DNA of 53,236 nucleotides from a virus (Duplodnaviria; Caudoviricetes): positions 1 to 53,236 of IMG/VR virus record IMGVR_UViG_3300030098_002282, one strand, 5' to 3'. The notes below the pieces were generated by a model. It did not search any database. It was not told the DNA's origin and saw nothing but the letters and a program-made list of their open reading frames with translations. Positions 28,596 through 38,583 of this stretch are shown here, piece by piece. The position numbers and the translations under genes were made by a program. Positions within the stretch are counted from its first letter, which is position 1; the number at the start of each line of letters is the position of its first letter.

Positions 28596-28912
28596 TAATG
28601 TTTCCCATTTATTCTACTTAAGCTTCCTTTTATCTCAGAAACTTGGTTGTCTAAATCATTCACTTCTTTTGTAAGAGCATCAAATTTTCTATCAAGTTTA
28701 TCATCACTAGAATTCCATCTACTAATTAATTTTATTATCATCCCTTCCATATTTTCTAAAGTTTCTGATTGACCTCTGTTTTCAGTTTTTAAATTTTCTA
28801 ATGTTTCTTGTTGTTTAGCTGATTTGTTACTTAGTGATACTACTAAATATACAAACATTGCACCAACAACTCCAATCATTCCTGCTTCGCCGTATATTGC
28901 TAAAAAATCCAT
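28595..28912 (-). CDS. Holin-like membrane protein
   Basis: N-terminal TM helix plus coiled coil. Confidence 0.55.
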   Translation of the reverse strand: MDFLAIYGEAGMIGVVGAMFVYLVVSLSNKSAKQQETLENLKTENRGQSETLENMEGMIIKLISRWNSSDDKLDRKFDALTKEVNDLDNQVSEIKGSLSRINGKH

Positions 28913-29211
28913 TATTTATTTTTCTTTTTACCTAGTGCTTTTTCGTACCATTTTAATTCTTCTTCTAGTTCAGCAAATTTTTGTTGCTCTTCTAGTATAT
29001 GTTTTTCTACTAATTCCTGTATCTGAATATCAGACTTTGAAACATTTTTTTCAAGATTAATAATCCTTGTTTCAATCCTCCAATAACTATATACCAAACC
29101 TCCAATAAGTACGAGAATCTGAGCAAGCCATTTAAGGTTAATAGAAACAATGGCGTTATCATCAAGAATAGCAGTCCTATAACTTCTAGCGGTATCCGGT
29201 TTTCCACTCAC
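28912..29211 (-). CDS. Membrane-anchored coiled-coil protein
   Basis: TM WLAQILVLIGGLVYSYW followed by a coiled coil. Confidence 0.6.
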   Translation of the reverse strand: MSGKPDTARSYRTAILDDNAIVSINLKWLAQILVLIGGLVYSYWRIETRIINLEKNVSKSDIQIQELVEKHILEEQQKFAELEEELKWYEKALGKKKNK

Positions 29212-29390
29212 TTAACTTCCCATCCAGCAACAGACCACCCAGAGTCACATCCTGAAACTACTGTAAATAAAAATAATACAAATAGGAACAAGATGTAACT
29301 AACAATCATTTGCTTTTCTGGGGATGGGTGATTCATTTTAATCTGCAACCACCGCTTCAGCGATTTCATCATCTTGTAAAGCCTTTTCAA
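29208..29390 (-). CDS. Small putative lipoprotein (true start probably internal)
   Basis: Hydrophobic stretch ending in the lipobox-like VSGC. Confidence 0.45.
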   Translation of the reverse strand: MKRLYKMMKSLKRWLQIKMNHPSPEKQMIVSYILFLFVLFLFTVVSGCDSGWSVAGWEVK

Positions 29391-29577
29391 GCTTCTTCAT
29401 AAAGAACTTTCGCCCACCTTGTAACTGGTCTAAGTTAAATTGCGAACCTGCAATTTTTCTATCTAAATCAGCTACATGATTAACAAGCATAAGCTGTTCT
29501 TCATTAAAGTCACTTACTTTGTATTCTTTATCATTGATAACTACTACCTGATTTTCTTTTTCTTTTTTATCTGGCAT
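29338..29577 (-). CDS. Small protein downstream of the tail fibre (chaperone-like)
   Basis: AAGGA RBS; VINDKEY...coiled coil pattern. Confidence 0.65.
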   Translation of the reverse strand: MPDKKEKENQVVVINDKEYKVSDFNEEQLMLVNHVADLDRKIAGSQFNLDQLQGGRKFFMKKLEKALQDDEIAEAVVAD

Positions 29578-29592
29578 TTTCTATCCTTTTTG

Positions 29593-29916
29593 TTATAACG
29601 CTTCGATGTCAGCTTTTAAAGCTGTCCATCCATCTTTTTCTGCTGTGACTTCTGCAATTCTTTTGTCACAGTGTGCAATAGATGCATCACATTGCTCAAC
29701 TGACATTTCTTGTGTAGTATCTGGCAATGCTTTACCTGTTTCTGCATCGTAGCGTTTTTTGATTAATTGAATAGCATCGTGGCTAACTTCAGCTTTTGCT
29801 TTACGAACCACAACGCCTTTATCGTCTTTAACTTCCGTGACTGCTGGGCTAGTAACAACTTTGCTCTTTGCCACAGACCACTTCTTGTTCTTTTTTCGTT
29901 CTGCATAGTCTTTCAT
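29593..29916 (-). CDS. Hypothetical protein downstream of the tail fibre
   Basis: AAGGAG RBS. Confidence 0.7.
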   Translation of the reverse strand: MKDYAERKKNKKWSVAKSKVVTSPAVTEVKDDKGVVVRKAKAEVSHDAIQLIKKRYDAETGKALPDTTQEMSVEQCDASIAHCDKRIAEVTAEKDGWTALKADIEAL

Positions 29917-29931
29917 TCTATACTCCTTTTA

Positions 29932-32900
29932 TTATTCAAATACGAAGGTTACTAAAAATTGGTCTACTGCTGTGCTATTTGGGTCGATACTGAATCGCAA
30001 TGCATTCCCTTTTGCTATAGACAACCCAGAAGCAATATTCACTGTAGACCCTGATGTAAAGTTTTTTACATATGAGGTAGTAGTAGTAGCTGAACCAGCA
30101 ACAAATACACTATATGTAGTAGCTACTTCCACTTTAAATGTGCAACCAGTGACAGCAGTCTCACTTGTGACATATAAAGCTCTTAATGTAGTTGGGAATG
30201 GAGCGACCCAAGTCATTTGGGTTTTTAAATCTGAAGTAGTGGCTACGCTTGCACTAGCTACACCACCCACAGCAAACGGCATATTCTTCTCAGTAGAAGT
30301 TCCTTTCCAATCCGAAGAAGCATTTATCATAAATGGATAAGCACCGTCAACTGATAAAGCACCTTCCACCTTTAAATCTTCTTTTATTGTTATATCACAA
30401 TCTTGGTCAATAACAAATGCTGTAGTACCACCTGCATCCCCAAGTTTTAACTTATCAGAATCAGAGCCATCGTTATACAACTGCCAAGCCATTGTATCTT
30501 CTTGGTCCCATTGCAGTATAGCATCATAATTATTATCTGCATTTGACTGTATTTTTAAATATGTGTGGTCAGTTTTAACTCTACCATCTACTACAACATC
30601 ACCTGTAAATGTAGCTAATCCATTGCCTTTAATAGTATGAAGAGTAGTTCCCTCTTGATTATCAACCATAAAAGCATTGTAGTTATTACTGTTAGGAGCA
30701 CCTTTAATAAAAAATCCGTGTCCAGTTGTACTACTATTATGAACACCACCACCATATTGCCCTGCCAAAGACCCTTCGACATCTAAAATTCTTATAGGAG
30801 TTTTTCCTATCCCAATGTGACCAATAGAATTAATCGTTAACCTTTTTGCACAATCCCCACCAAATGCCTTTGTCCAAAAGGTCATTTCTGAGCCTTGTTC
30901 TCCACCTGTAGAAGAACCCTGTACATTTGAAACCTGAATCCTAGCTACACCTTCACCACTTCCACCCCAGTAATTAACTCCACTAGCATAGTAGTTATGT
31001 TCATTTCTCCATAGAATATTTCCAATAGCAACATCAGAACCATTGGTGTTTCCAACTAACTCTATAGTTCCTGCTGTATTTGAAGCTGATGACCCAATTT
31101 CTAAAACATTGCTAATACCTACACCATACGCAGTACCTAAAGGTTCTCTACCAATACCAACATCTCCTGCGGCTGAAACGGTCAATATATGGTTAGCTCC
31201 ATAATGTCCTATAGTAACTAGGTTTGCATCAGCACCTGAAGATGAAAATTTATAGCCTATATATCCACTATTTTTTGATGATTCAGCTTGTCCAAATAAA
31301 TGTATATTGGTTTCACCTGAAGCCAAATTCGGACTCATTGAAGATGACATCCAATTAAAAGTATCACTAGCAGAACCTTGTATTCGTAAAATTTCAGTTC
31401 CATCACCACCAGTACCTCGCAAATCCAAAATAGCTGTAGGTGACTGAGTTCCAATTCCTAGTGAACCTCCATCAAGAAAAGAGTCACCACCTGCATGGAT
31501 TCTCACCTTATGTGCAGGGGTGCTATCATTCATATCTATAACTGCATTACTGCCACTTGTCGATAAAACTGTCTTACCTGCATCTGAATTAGCTGTAATG
31601 TTGTCATCAGTTACTATATCACCTGTGAAAGTAGCTTTTTGATTCGCATCCAATGTAAGGGCAGTAGTTGATGCTGTTGTAAATATAAAAGAATTAGGAC
31701 CAGTGCCATCGTTTACATGATGATATTTTATTGAACCTACTGAAGTCGCACCTTCTCTTGAAAAAACTAGAGTACCCGACTTGTTTGCAGGAGTCCATAT
31801 TGATAATCCAGAATCACCACTTCCTTCAATAATCAATTCATCAGCACTAGTATTGGCGGCACTTGTAATACCTGAATCGCCTGTAAAAATGTGAAGTTTT
31901 GCAAGGGGGGTGTCTTCGCCCAATCCCAGATTTCCTCCAGTAAGATAAGAGTTTCCATCAGTAGATAAGCGTACTCGTGTAGTCCCGTTTTGATCTTTCA
32001 TATAATACCAAGCACTACCACTAGAATCATTGTAAAGCAAGAATATATCTTGGTCTGATGAATTAGATATAACTAAAGGAGATGTCGAAGTTCCAGAAGC
32101 TTTTATTTCAAGTCTATAAGCAGGGCTTGGCGTTCCAATACCTAAATTTTGACTAGCATTAATTGTTAAGGCATCTGAACCATTACCACTTCGTAAAGTT
32201 AATATACCATCTGAATGTTGAGTACCAAGCTTCATAGTCTTGGTGTTGTACTCGTAAAAAACATTTGCACCATTCAAATCACTTGTAGAACCAAATACAA
32301 TAGTTGATGTATGACCTGACGATTCCCCTGCCAATATAGATAATCCTGCATCTGCATTATTTCTAATAACTAACTCATCGCCATCACTATCAGGAGTTCC
32401 ACTAACTGTTCCATTGCCACCTACGATGTCTATTTTACCTGCTGGTGACGAATTATTGATCCCTAAATTTCCTCCATTTAAATAAGAATCACCTTCAGTG
32501 TCAAAATTAACTTTTGCAGAACCATCGCTATCAGTTATATACATAGCACCATCGCCACCAACTGTGTTAAAAGTCACTTGAGAACTTCCACCTAAAGTAA
32601 ATCTAACTTCACCATTTACACTTAAAGCGTGACTAGGAGTTGAGGTTCCAATACCGACTTTGCCCTCAACAATAGATAATCTTTTTGTGCTTGAATCATT
32701 TACTCTTGTACTTAAAAATAAAGAACCATCTTCCGTTCCATTAGTCACATCTGCTGATTCTGCGTGAATACCTGCATATCCAGTTGAATTTCCAGCATCA
32801 TCATCACCAAGCCAAGTTATGTGACCCAGCTCATCTCCGTCTGCTGGACTTGCTGAATTTTTATTAAATTTAAGACCGGGTGCATTTACATCTGCGTTAG

Positions 32901-34161
32901 TATTCTCAATTATTACATATGGGTGTTCTGACCCTGCGGATTTTAAATGTAGCATTGATGAAGGACTCGTAGTACCAATCCCGACATTTCCACTAGCGTC
33001 TATGTACATTCTTGTATTATGAGTAGAACCATCAGCAGTTGTTTGAAATGCTATTGTCCCTTCAGAAGAAGTACCACCTCTTGAAATCAGATTGGTAGTA
33101 CCTTGATTCATATTTAATTGTGCATATTGGTCTAGGGCATTTTGAGAATCACCAGCCCTTGAAATCTTAATGCCATCTCCAGCATTATTTGCTCCTATTA
33201 TAAATAGATTTGCACTTGTAGCTGTACCTGATGACTCAACTCCAATCATCATTTTACCATTACGAAATGAGTAAATACCTGCATCAATGTAAAACTGCAT
33301 TCCATTGGCATTGTTATAACTGTTGAAGTATCCCCATCCATTGTCATCATAGCAACCAGTTAAAACATAATTATCACCAGAGCCGTGTATCTTTAATCTT
33401 TTGTTCACTCCTTCAGCCGTTAATGGTGTACCACCCTGTATTAAGGCTCTTCCTTCGTCATCTATAGTAAGACCTGTATATAGTTGATAAGCACTACCAT
33501 TATGACCTTTTGTAATGAGACTTAAATTTGTGGCATAAGCACCATCATCTCCTGCTGTGCATTTGACATATGCAGTAGCACCATCGCTTCGTCTATCAAA
33601 TGTTAGTGAAACATCATTCCCTTCTGCCCCAGTATCTTTGTGAATAATAATTCCAGTATTGACTCGTAAGCTAGTACTAGTATCGTTCCCTGCTGTTCCT
33701 ACCTGAAGACCATTTGTATCTATTTTTGCTTTGTATACGCCCCCAACTTCCCATTCGCAATATTTATTTGCAGGAACATTAAGTCTTATATTGTCTGCAC
33801 TTGTACCTCTTATGTATACACCATCATTTCCTGTGCCTACATTGTTTAAATATACAAATCCATCATCTTTTGAGACTGTTATATTTCCATAAAAATTAGC
33901 ACTTTGGTCACTACTAAGGTTTAATGCTGTATCGCTACTTGACCCTGTATAAAAGTTTATATGTTCGTTGTCTGAAATTATTAAACGAACACCACCTGAA
34001 CCTTTTAAGTCTATCTGACCATCTGTAAACGCAAGGTAAGTTCCTGTATCGTCATTGTGATATAACTTATTTGGAATACCTAAATTACCAGTAAGCGTAC
34101 CACCAGAAGTAGACAAACTGTCATCATCACCTGCTAATAATACTCTTTTCCAAGTAGCCAT
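29932..34161 (-). CDS. Long tail fibre / receptor-binding protein
   Basis: G/S/T/N-rich; about 8 G-x-[VLI]-G-[IL]-G-x(2-3)-P repeats. Confidence 0.8.
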   Translation of the reverse strand: MATWKRVLLAGDDDSLSTSGGTLTGNLGIPNKLYHNDDTGTYLAFTDGQIDLKGSGGVRLIISDNEHINFYTGSSSDTALNLSSDQSANFYGNITVSKDDGFVYLNNVGTGNDGVYIRGTSADNIRLNVPANKYCEWEVGGVYKAKIDTNGLQVGTAGNDTSTSLRVNTGIIIHKDTGAEGNDVSLTFDRRSDGATAYVKCTAGDDGAYATNLSLITKGHNGSAYQLYTGLTIDDEGRALIQGGTPLTAEGVNKRLKIHGSGDNYVLTGCYDDNGWGYFNSYNNANGMQFYIDAGIYSFRNGKMMIGVESSGTATSANLFIIGANNAGDGIKISRAGDSQNALDQYAQLNMNQGTTNLISRGGTSSEGTIAFQTTADGSTHNTRMYIDASGNVGIGTTSPSSMLHLKSAGSEHPYVIIENTNADVNAPGLKFNKNSASPADGDELGHITWLGDDDAGNSTGYAGIHAESADVTNGTEDGSLFLSTRVNDSSTKRLSIVEGKVGIGTSTPSHALSVNGEVRFTLGGSSQVTFNTVGGDGAMYITDSDGSAKVNFDTEGDSYLNGGNLGINNSSPAGKIDIVGGNGTVSGTPDSDGDELVIRNNADAGLSILAGESSGHTSTIVFGSTSDLNGANVFYEYNTKTMKLGTQHSDGILTLRSGNGSDALTINASQNLGIGTPSPAYRLEIKASGTSTSPLVISNSSDQDIFLLYNDSSGSAWYYMKDQNGTTRVRLSTDGNSYLTGGNLGLGEDTPLAKLHIFTGDSGITSAANTSADELIIEGSGDSGLSIWTPANKSGTLVFSREGATSVGSIKYHHVNDGTGPNSFIFTTASTTALTLDANQKATFTGDIVTDDNITANSDAGKTVLSTSGSNAVIDMNDSTPAHKVRIHAGGDSFLDGGSLGIGTQSPTAILDLRGTGGDGTEILRIQGSASDTFNWMSSSMSPNLASGETNIHLFGQAESSKNSGYIGYKFSSSGADANLVTIGHYGANHILTVSAAGDVGIGREPLGTAYGVGISNVLEIGSSASNTAGTIELVGNTNGSDVAIGNILWRNEHNYYASGVNYWGGSGEGVARIQVSNVQGSSTGGEQGSEMTFWTKAFGGDCAKRLTINSIGHIGIGKTPIRILDVEGSLAGQYGGGVHNSSTTGHGFFIKGAPNSNNYNAFMVDNQEGTTLHTIKGNGLATFTGDVVVDGRVKTDHTYLKIQSNADNNYDAILQWDQEDTMAWQLYNDGSDSDKLKLGDAGGTTAFVIDQDCDITIKEDLKVEGALSVDGAYPFMINASSDWKGTSTEKNMPFAVGGVASASVATTSDLKTQMTWVAPFPTTLRALYVTSETAVTGCTFKVEVATTYSVFVAGSATTTTSYVKNFTSGSTVNIASGLSIAKGNALRFSIDPNSTAVDQFLVTFVFE

Positions 34162-34319
34162 TATGTAACCTCGTTATCTTTTGCTACTTGCTTTTCGAAA
34201 GCATTACTTAATCTTTGCAATAGCTTAGCAACTCTAGGTGCATCTTTACCCTTGATATTCATATTCTCAATAGATGTTTTGATGATGTACAACTCATCTG
34301 ATGAAAGTTCAACCTTCAA
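34161..34319 (-). CDS. Small helical protein, 52 aa (not in track), paralogue of the neighbouring gene
   Basis: TTG start; MKVELSSDELYIIKTSIENMNIKGKDAPRVAKLLQRL...; TAATG-coupled to the fibre gene. Confidence 0.6.
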   Translation of the reverse strand: MKVELSSDELYIIKTSIENMNIKGKDAPRVAKLLQRLSNAFEKQVAKDNEVT

Positions 34320-34494
34320 GATTTACCTTGTGCATTTCTGCGAGCTTTGTTAATACAGAGTAAGCCACTTCTAATTCAGCTCCTTCAAAAGTAGACCTCA
34401 TAATAAGTTTTAATAAAAAATCAGTATCTTTTACATTTAATTTATTATCTACTTTTTTATGTGTCTCATGTAAGTTTGCAAATTCTTTAGCCAT
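34309..34494 (-). CDS. Small helical protein between the fibre genes
   Basis: TAATG-coupled to the upstream fibre gene. Confidence 0.65.
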   Translation of the reverse strand: MAKEFANLHETHKKVDNKLNVKDTDFLLKLIMRSTFEGAELEVAYSVLTKLAEMHKVNLEG

Positions 34495-35462
34495 TATGCA
34501 GTTCTAACATATAATTTATCATCACCTGAATCGAAATGGAATGACCCTACTCCACCTGCATTTCCTGTTGGAGCCGTACTATTACTTGAATGTTCCATAA
34601 TAGCTATTGGAAAAGACCCTGCATTAGCTGTGTCTTCTACTTGCCATCCTGTTAATGCACCTGATTTATTCCAAGTTAGGTTAGCATAGTTAGCAATTGA
34701 ATTTGAATCATTTCCTGAATCAGTTTGCACACTAATACCTGCTCCATCTGCTGTATTTACTGCTCCTGCATCATCAGTATGCGTACCTTTATTTAACAGA
34801 ATGTTTTTATCTTTTATGTTTAAATCAGTAGCATTTACAGTTGTAGTTGTACCAGCGACTGTTAAATTTCCAGATATTGTTACAGTGCTATCAAATGTAG
34901 CCGCACTTGTTACATCTAGCGTTCCTGCTATGTCTATATTATTAGCTAACTTTGAGCCATCTACTGCATCATCTGCAATGTGAGCCGTATCTATAGAGCC
35001 ATCTACATAGTGTTCGCTATCTATTTGGTCATCTGCTATCAAAGCATTTGTAATAGCATCAGCCGCTATCATAGCAGTCTGAACTTGAACTTCTGCAACG
35101 ATACCATCAGCACTTGTACTACCTAATACTCTATTTGCAGTAGCTACATTCTGTATTTTTGCATATGTAACTCCATCGTTAGCTAAAGCTGTAGTTCCAT
35201 CAGCCCCTACTGTAATAGCTCCACTAAGAGTATGTTCTTCTTTTTGTCCACTAGAATTACCAATCCAAAGCTTTTTATGAGATAGTGTTTTATCGCCTTG
35301 TGCCGCTTGATTGTCTACATAAGCAGTTGTTGCTACCTTAGTTGAATTGTCACTAGCTGATTGTGTAGTTGCTGTTGAACTACCTAATACTGCTCCTGTT
35401 AATGTTTTATTTGTTAGCGTCTGCGTTGAACTAACATCAACTAACTCTTTCCATGTTGCCAT
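34494..35462 (-). CDS. Short tail fibre/spike protein
   Basis: TQTLTNKT, STKVATTAYV, repeated IADDA.. and GNLTVAGTTT..DKNI motifs typical of fibres. Confidence 0.7.
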   Translation of the reverse strand: MATWKELVDVSSTQTLTNKTLTGAVLGSSTATTQSASDNSTKVATTAYVDNQAAQGDKTLSHKKLWIGNSSGQKEEHTLSGAITVGADGTTALANDGVTYAKIQNVATANRVLGSTSADGIVAEVQVQTAMIAADAITNALIADDQIDSEHYVDGSIDTAHIADDAVDGSKLANNIDIAGTLDVTSAATFDSTVTISGNLTVAGTTTTVNATDLNIKDKNILLNKGTHTDDAGAVNTADGAGISVQTDSGNDSNSIANYANLTWNKSGALTGWQVEDTANAGSFPIAIMEHSSNSTAPTGNAGGVGSFHFDSGDDKLYVRTA

Positions 35463-35474
35463 AATTGACTCCTA

Positions 35475-35822
35475 TTATTTTGCTACATACAAAGCACCAT
35501 CTATATAAGCTATTTGTCCTTCTGCTGGAGAAGACGGTGCTGATGTTTGTTCTTTTAGTTTTAATGTACCATTTACATCTAATGATATCATAGATGTACT
35601 ATTATTTATTACTTCGAACAAGTTACCACTAGATATGGTACTAGTTGTTGTAAATTTTAACCAATGTAAACTATTATTTATTCCAGTATGCCCACCACCT
35701 ATGATTAACTCTACATCTTGAGTTCCATTGTCTCTGTAATATTTACCATCTGATGTTTTATAAAAAACTAAACTTTTATATACATCTTTAATTTTATTAG
35801 GATGACTTAAGCTACCTGCCAT
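35475..35822 (-). CDS. Tail-associated protein
   Basis: Start MAGSLS at 35822 (TAATG, GGAG RBS); C-terminal APSSP.EGQIAY..GALY. Confidence 0.6.
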   Translation of the reverse strand: MAGSLSHPNKIKDVYKSLVFYKTSDGKYYRDNGTQDVELIIGGGHTGINNSLHWLKFTTTSTISSGNLFEVINNSTSMISLDVNGTLKLKEQTSAPSSPAEGQIAYIDGALYVAK

Positions 35823-36079
35823 TATGCTCCACTCCAAGCTGTGCTTTGTGGGTTAGATACAGTTGAATAACTAGTAGATGTGGGAGAACTAACATTTGAA
35901 AATGTAGCCGAAGAAGAACTAGTATTACTATATGTAGGTTTACTAGGGGTTTTACGAGTAAACGAAGTAGATAATGCCGCCGAAACAGTATCGTATAAAT
36001 TTCTATCTAAGAAGTAATCAAGTCCTAATTTATCAAAGGATTCATCTATCAAGTTGAAGCTACTATTAACATCCCACAT
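35822..36079 (-). CDS. Ser/Thr-rich tail-associated protein
   Basis: Coupled at both ends. Confidence 0.6.
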   Translation of the reverse strand: MWDVNSSFNLIDESFDKLGLDYFLDRNLYDTVSAALSTSFTRKTPSKPTYSNTSSSSATFSNVSSPTSTSYSTVSNPQSTAWSGA

Positions 36080-36477
36080 TAGAAGTCCTGTTGTGCTATT
36101 TCTTTAAATGTACCAGTTCTTGCTCTATAAGCATATTTCCTACCGTTCTTTACATCGTCCTCAAATTTATTATTAAAGTATTGTGCCATCTGTAAACCCT
36201 GAGGGCTTTTTTCATAACCTATTGCTATTGCTTTATTAACTAAAGCATCATGGAATTGTTCAGGTATTTCTGGAGTTTGAGATTCCCAAGCATCACTAGC
36301 AGAAGGTAAATCAAAATGGTCTGATTTTTTATAGTAAAATACAGTTATATTTTTACCTGCAACAGTAGAATCAGGAGAAGCAAACTGGTCTTCTTCTGTT
36401 TTGGTTTCATCGTAGTATCCAATCCAGATAGCACCACGCTCAGTCCACCAAACCCATTGCTTTATTGTAGTACTCAT
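36079..36477 (-). CDS. Adaptor/tail tubular protein A-like, C-terminal half
   Basis: ITVFYYK...PEIPEQFHDALV..A motif. Confidence 0.6.
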   Translation of the reverse strand: MSTTIKQWVWWTERGAIWIGYYDETKTEEDQFASPDSTVAGKNITVFYYKKSDHFDLPSASDAWESQTPEIPEQFHDALVNKAIAIGYEKSPQGLQMAQYFNNKFEDDVKNGRKYAYRARTGTFKEIAQQDF

Positions 36478-36755
36478 TATGTTAAATCCCTTTTATAAGG
36501 TCTTCCTAAAAATCTTTTTATTGACTTACCATCGAGGTCAACATTCTTTATTTCCATTATCTGGTCATCATTCCCTGAGACACTTAAGCTATAACCTCTT
36601 TGGTCTAAGACTAAGGTAAACTGCACAGCATCTTCTAATAGTCTTGTCCTTGAGCAATACTCATCTTGTGCTCTATTAACCATCTTAACGACTTCTTGAG
36701 CACCTAGATTGGGGTGATGCTGTTGTACTAGCTCTACTATTTCTTTTAGCTTCAT
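36477..36755 (-). CDS. Adaptor/tail tubular protein A-like, N-terminal half
   Basis: M.L.EIV..V...VNRAQ.EY...Q..YSL pattern. Confidence 0.55.
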   Translation of the reverse strand: MKLKEIVELVQQHHPNLGAQEVVKMVNRAQDEYCSRTRLLEDAVQFTLVLDQRGYSLSVSGNDDQIMEIKNVDLDGKSIKRFLGRPYKRDLT

Positions 36756-37849
36756 TTACCTATTCCTCCACCCAAAGCTTTTGCTTGTGAGTCTAACTGT
36801 CCTACACCTATCAGTTCCCATCCCTGTGCAATATTTTGCATAACTAATTGCAATTGTCCAGTTAACCATTGATAATCGGTATTTAATTTACTTATTAAAG
36901 TTGTAAATAACTGTATCTTTTTTGCTAGATTGGCTTGATACTCTTGGAGTGCTTGTCCTGCTTCAGCACTCTCTTTAGCAACTTCTGCTTGATATTTGCT
37001 TAACTCTGCTTGATATCCTGATAATATAGCTGAGGCTCTTTGTAATTCTTGCCCTGCAGTAGATAAGGTTCCACTTAGCATCTCAGGGTCTTCATCTATC
37101 AGCCATTTCTGTGCTGAATATATATCTGTACCACTACCATCTGTATTTACATCCCCTCCTATATTTCCTACATCATCTATTAAATGCTGTGCTTTGTCGA
37201 CTGCATCTTGATAATCTGCGTGTATACTTGGTAGTGTTGTTGTTATCCCTAAGGAATCATCGAAATCTCCCAATGCATCAAATACAGTAGTGTCATTTAA
37301 ATCTGTTGGCAAACTGCCAGTAAAAGAACCCAACCTTTGTATTATAACATCTCTTGAAGCTATATTAAGAAGTAAAGGTTTTAAACTAGCAGGCATATTA
37401 GCAACGGTCTCAGCATTATCATTTATAGTACCCGGCTCAACTTTAGTTACCTTACCATTCTCACTTCCAGTTGGTGCTGGGTATATATACACCTTACCTT
37501 TATCTAATGTATACACAGGTGAAGTTTTAGGAGCGTAGTAAATACTATCTGAATCTGTTGCCTTCTCTTTAAACTTCATATCTATGGGAGTGCAATTCCT
37601 AGTTATGCTATTTGTTGAATCATATCTGGTTACATTTAGAACAACAGTGTTTATGTCCAACGGTTCCAAGTCACTGCTATTATCTGTTTGTGTTTCCTCC
37701 GTACTCATAGAATGTAACATATTAGGATTAACTTGACTAATCTTTGCGATTATCTCGTGTTGAGCGTTTAATAAAGCCGTCGATACTGTATTAGCGTCAT
37801 TGTCGCTTGCACTCCCAGTTATTTGTCCAATTTTTGCTGTAAAACTCAT
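36752..37849 (-). CDS. Head-tail connector/ring protein with a coiled-coil extension
   Basis: SPVY...GKVYIYPAP motif; position after the capsid genes. Confidence 0.55.
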   Translation of the reverse strand: MSFTAKIGQITGSASDNDANTVSTALLNAQHEIIAKISQVNPNMLHSMSTEETQTDNSSDLEPLDINTVVLNVTRYDSTNSITRNCTPIDMKFKEKATDSDSIYYAPKTSPVYTLDKGKVYIYPAPTGSENGKVTKVEPGTINDNAETVANMPASLKPLLLNIASRDVIIQRLGSFTGSLPTDLNDTTVFDALGDFDDSLGITTTLPSIHADYQDAVDKAQHLIDDVGNIGGDVNTDGSGTDIYSAQKWLIDEDPEMLSGTLSTAGQELQRASAILSGYQAELSKYQAEVAKESAEAGQALQEYQANLAKKIQLFTTLISKLNTDYQWLTGQLQLVMQNIAQGWELIGVGQLDSQAKALGGGIGK

Positions 37850-38583
37850 TATTTAGTTAATGCTCCCCATAAACTTTTTGCACCTTGCCAAGCGTCACCC
37901 AGCCCCTCAAATCCAAATAGAGGATGTGCTCCAGTACCGCCCTTTACTTTAACATTGCCATCCGCATCTTTTGGTACTTGACTTTGTATTCTTTCAATAA
38001 ATCCTTGTTCCTGTACTGGGTCCTGCCATTTCCCATCTACCCAACCATATTGTTCGGCTTGATTAGGGTCAAACCACTTTTCTTGACTAGGGTCCCATCC
38101 CTTACCTCCATCCCTACTTCTAAAGTCAGCCATTTTTGTTTCCATAGTATTAGCACCTTCTTGGGTGCCTTCTGCTGTAGCTTTCACAGTAGACGGGTCT
38201 GCAGTTTGTATTGTTGTATTTGCAACAGTACCACCTCCGGTAGTTGGTTCTTGACTTTTCTTCATAGAATTTAACCTATCTCCGAAGTATTTCCTAACAT
38301 TACCAAAGGCTTCACCCATTGATTTGCCTTGTAATACATCAGGACCTTTATGCTTACCCCAACGAGCTTCTTCATAGACTTTACCATCGTGCTCTAATTC
38401 AGGTTTCCATCCAAGTTTTTTCTTAACACCTGTTTTAAATGCATCTACTTTATCTTGATTATCTACCCTCCAGTTATCAACTGCTCCTCCCAAAGCATCA
38501 AACATATCTGACATTCCTCCCGAATTTTCACTTTCATAACTACCCATACGGGAGGAATCAGTTCTTCTACCATAGATTGCCAT
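37849..38583 (-). CDS. Hypothetical (virion-associated) protein
   Basis: Coupled within the late operon; low complexity. Confidence 0.65.
   Translation of the reverse strand: MAIYGRRTDSSRMGSYESENSGGMSDMFDALGGAVDNWRVDNQDKVDAFKTGVKKKLGWKPELEHDGKVYEEARWGKHKGPDVLQGKSMGEAFGNVRKYFGDRLNSMKKSQEPTTGGGTVANTTIQTADPSTVKATAEGTQEGANTMETKMADFRSRDGGKGWDPSQEKWFDPNQAEQYGWVDGKWQDPVQEQGFIERIQSQVPKDADGNVKVKGGTGAHPLFGFEGLGDAWQGAKSLWGALTK

Noticed and set aside
29932-34161. Diversity-generating retroelement target
   Set aside because: No reverse transcriptase gene and no TR/VR repeat pair seen.
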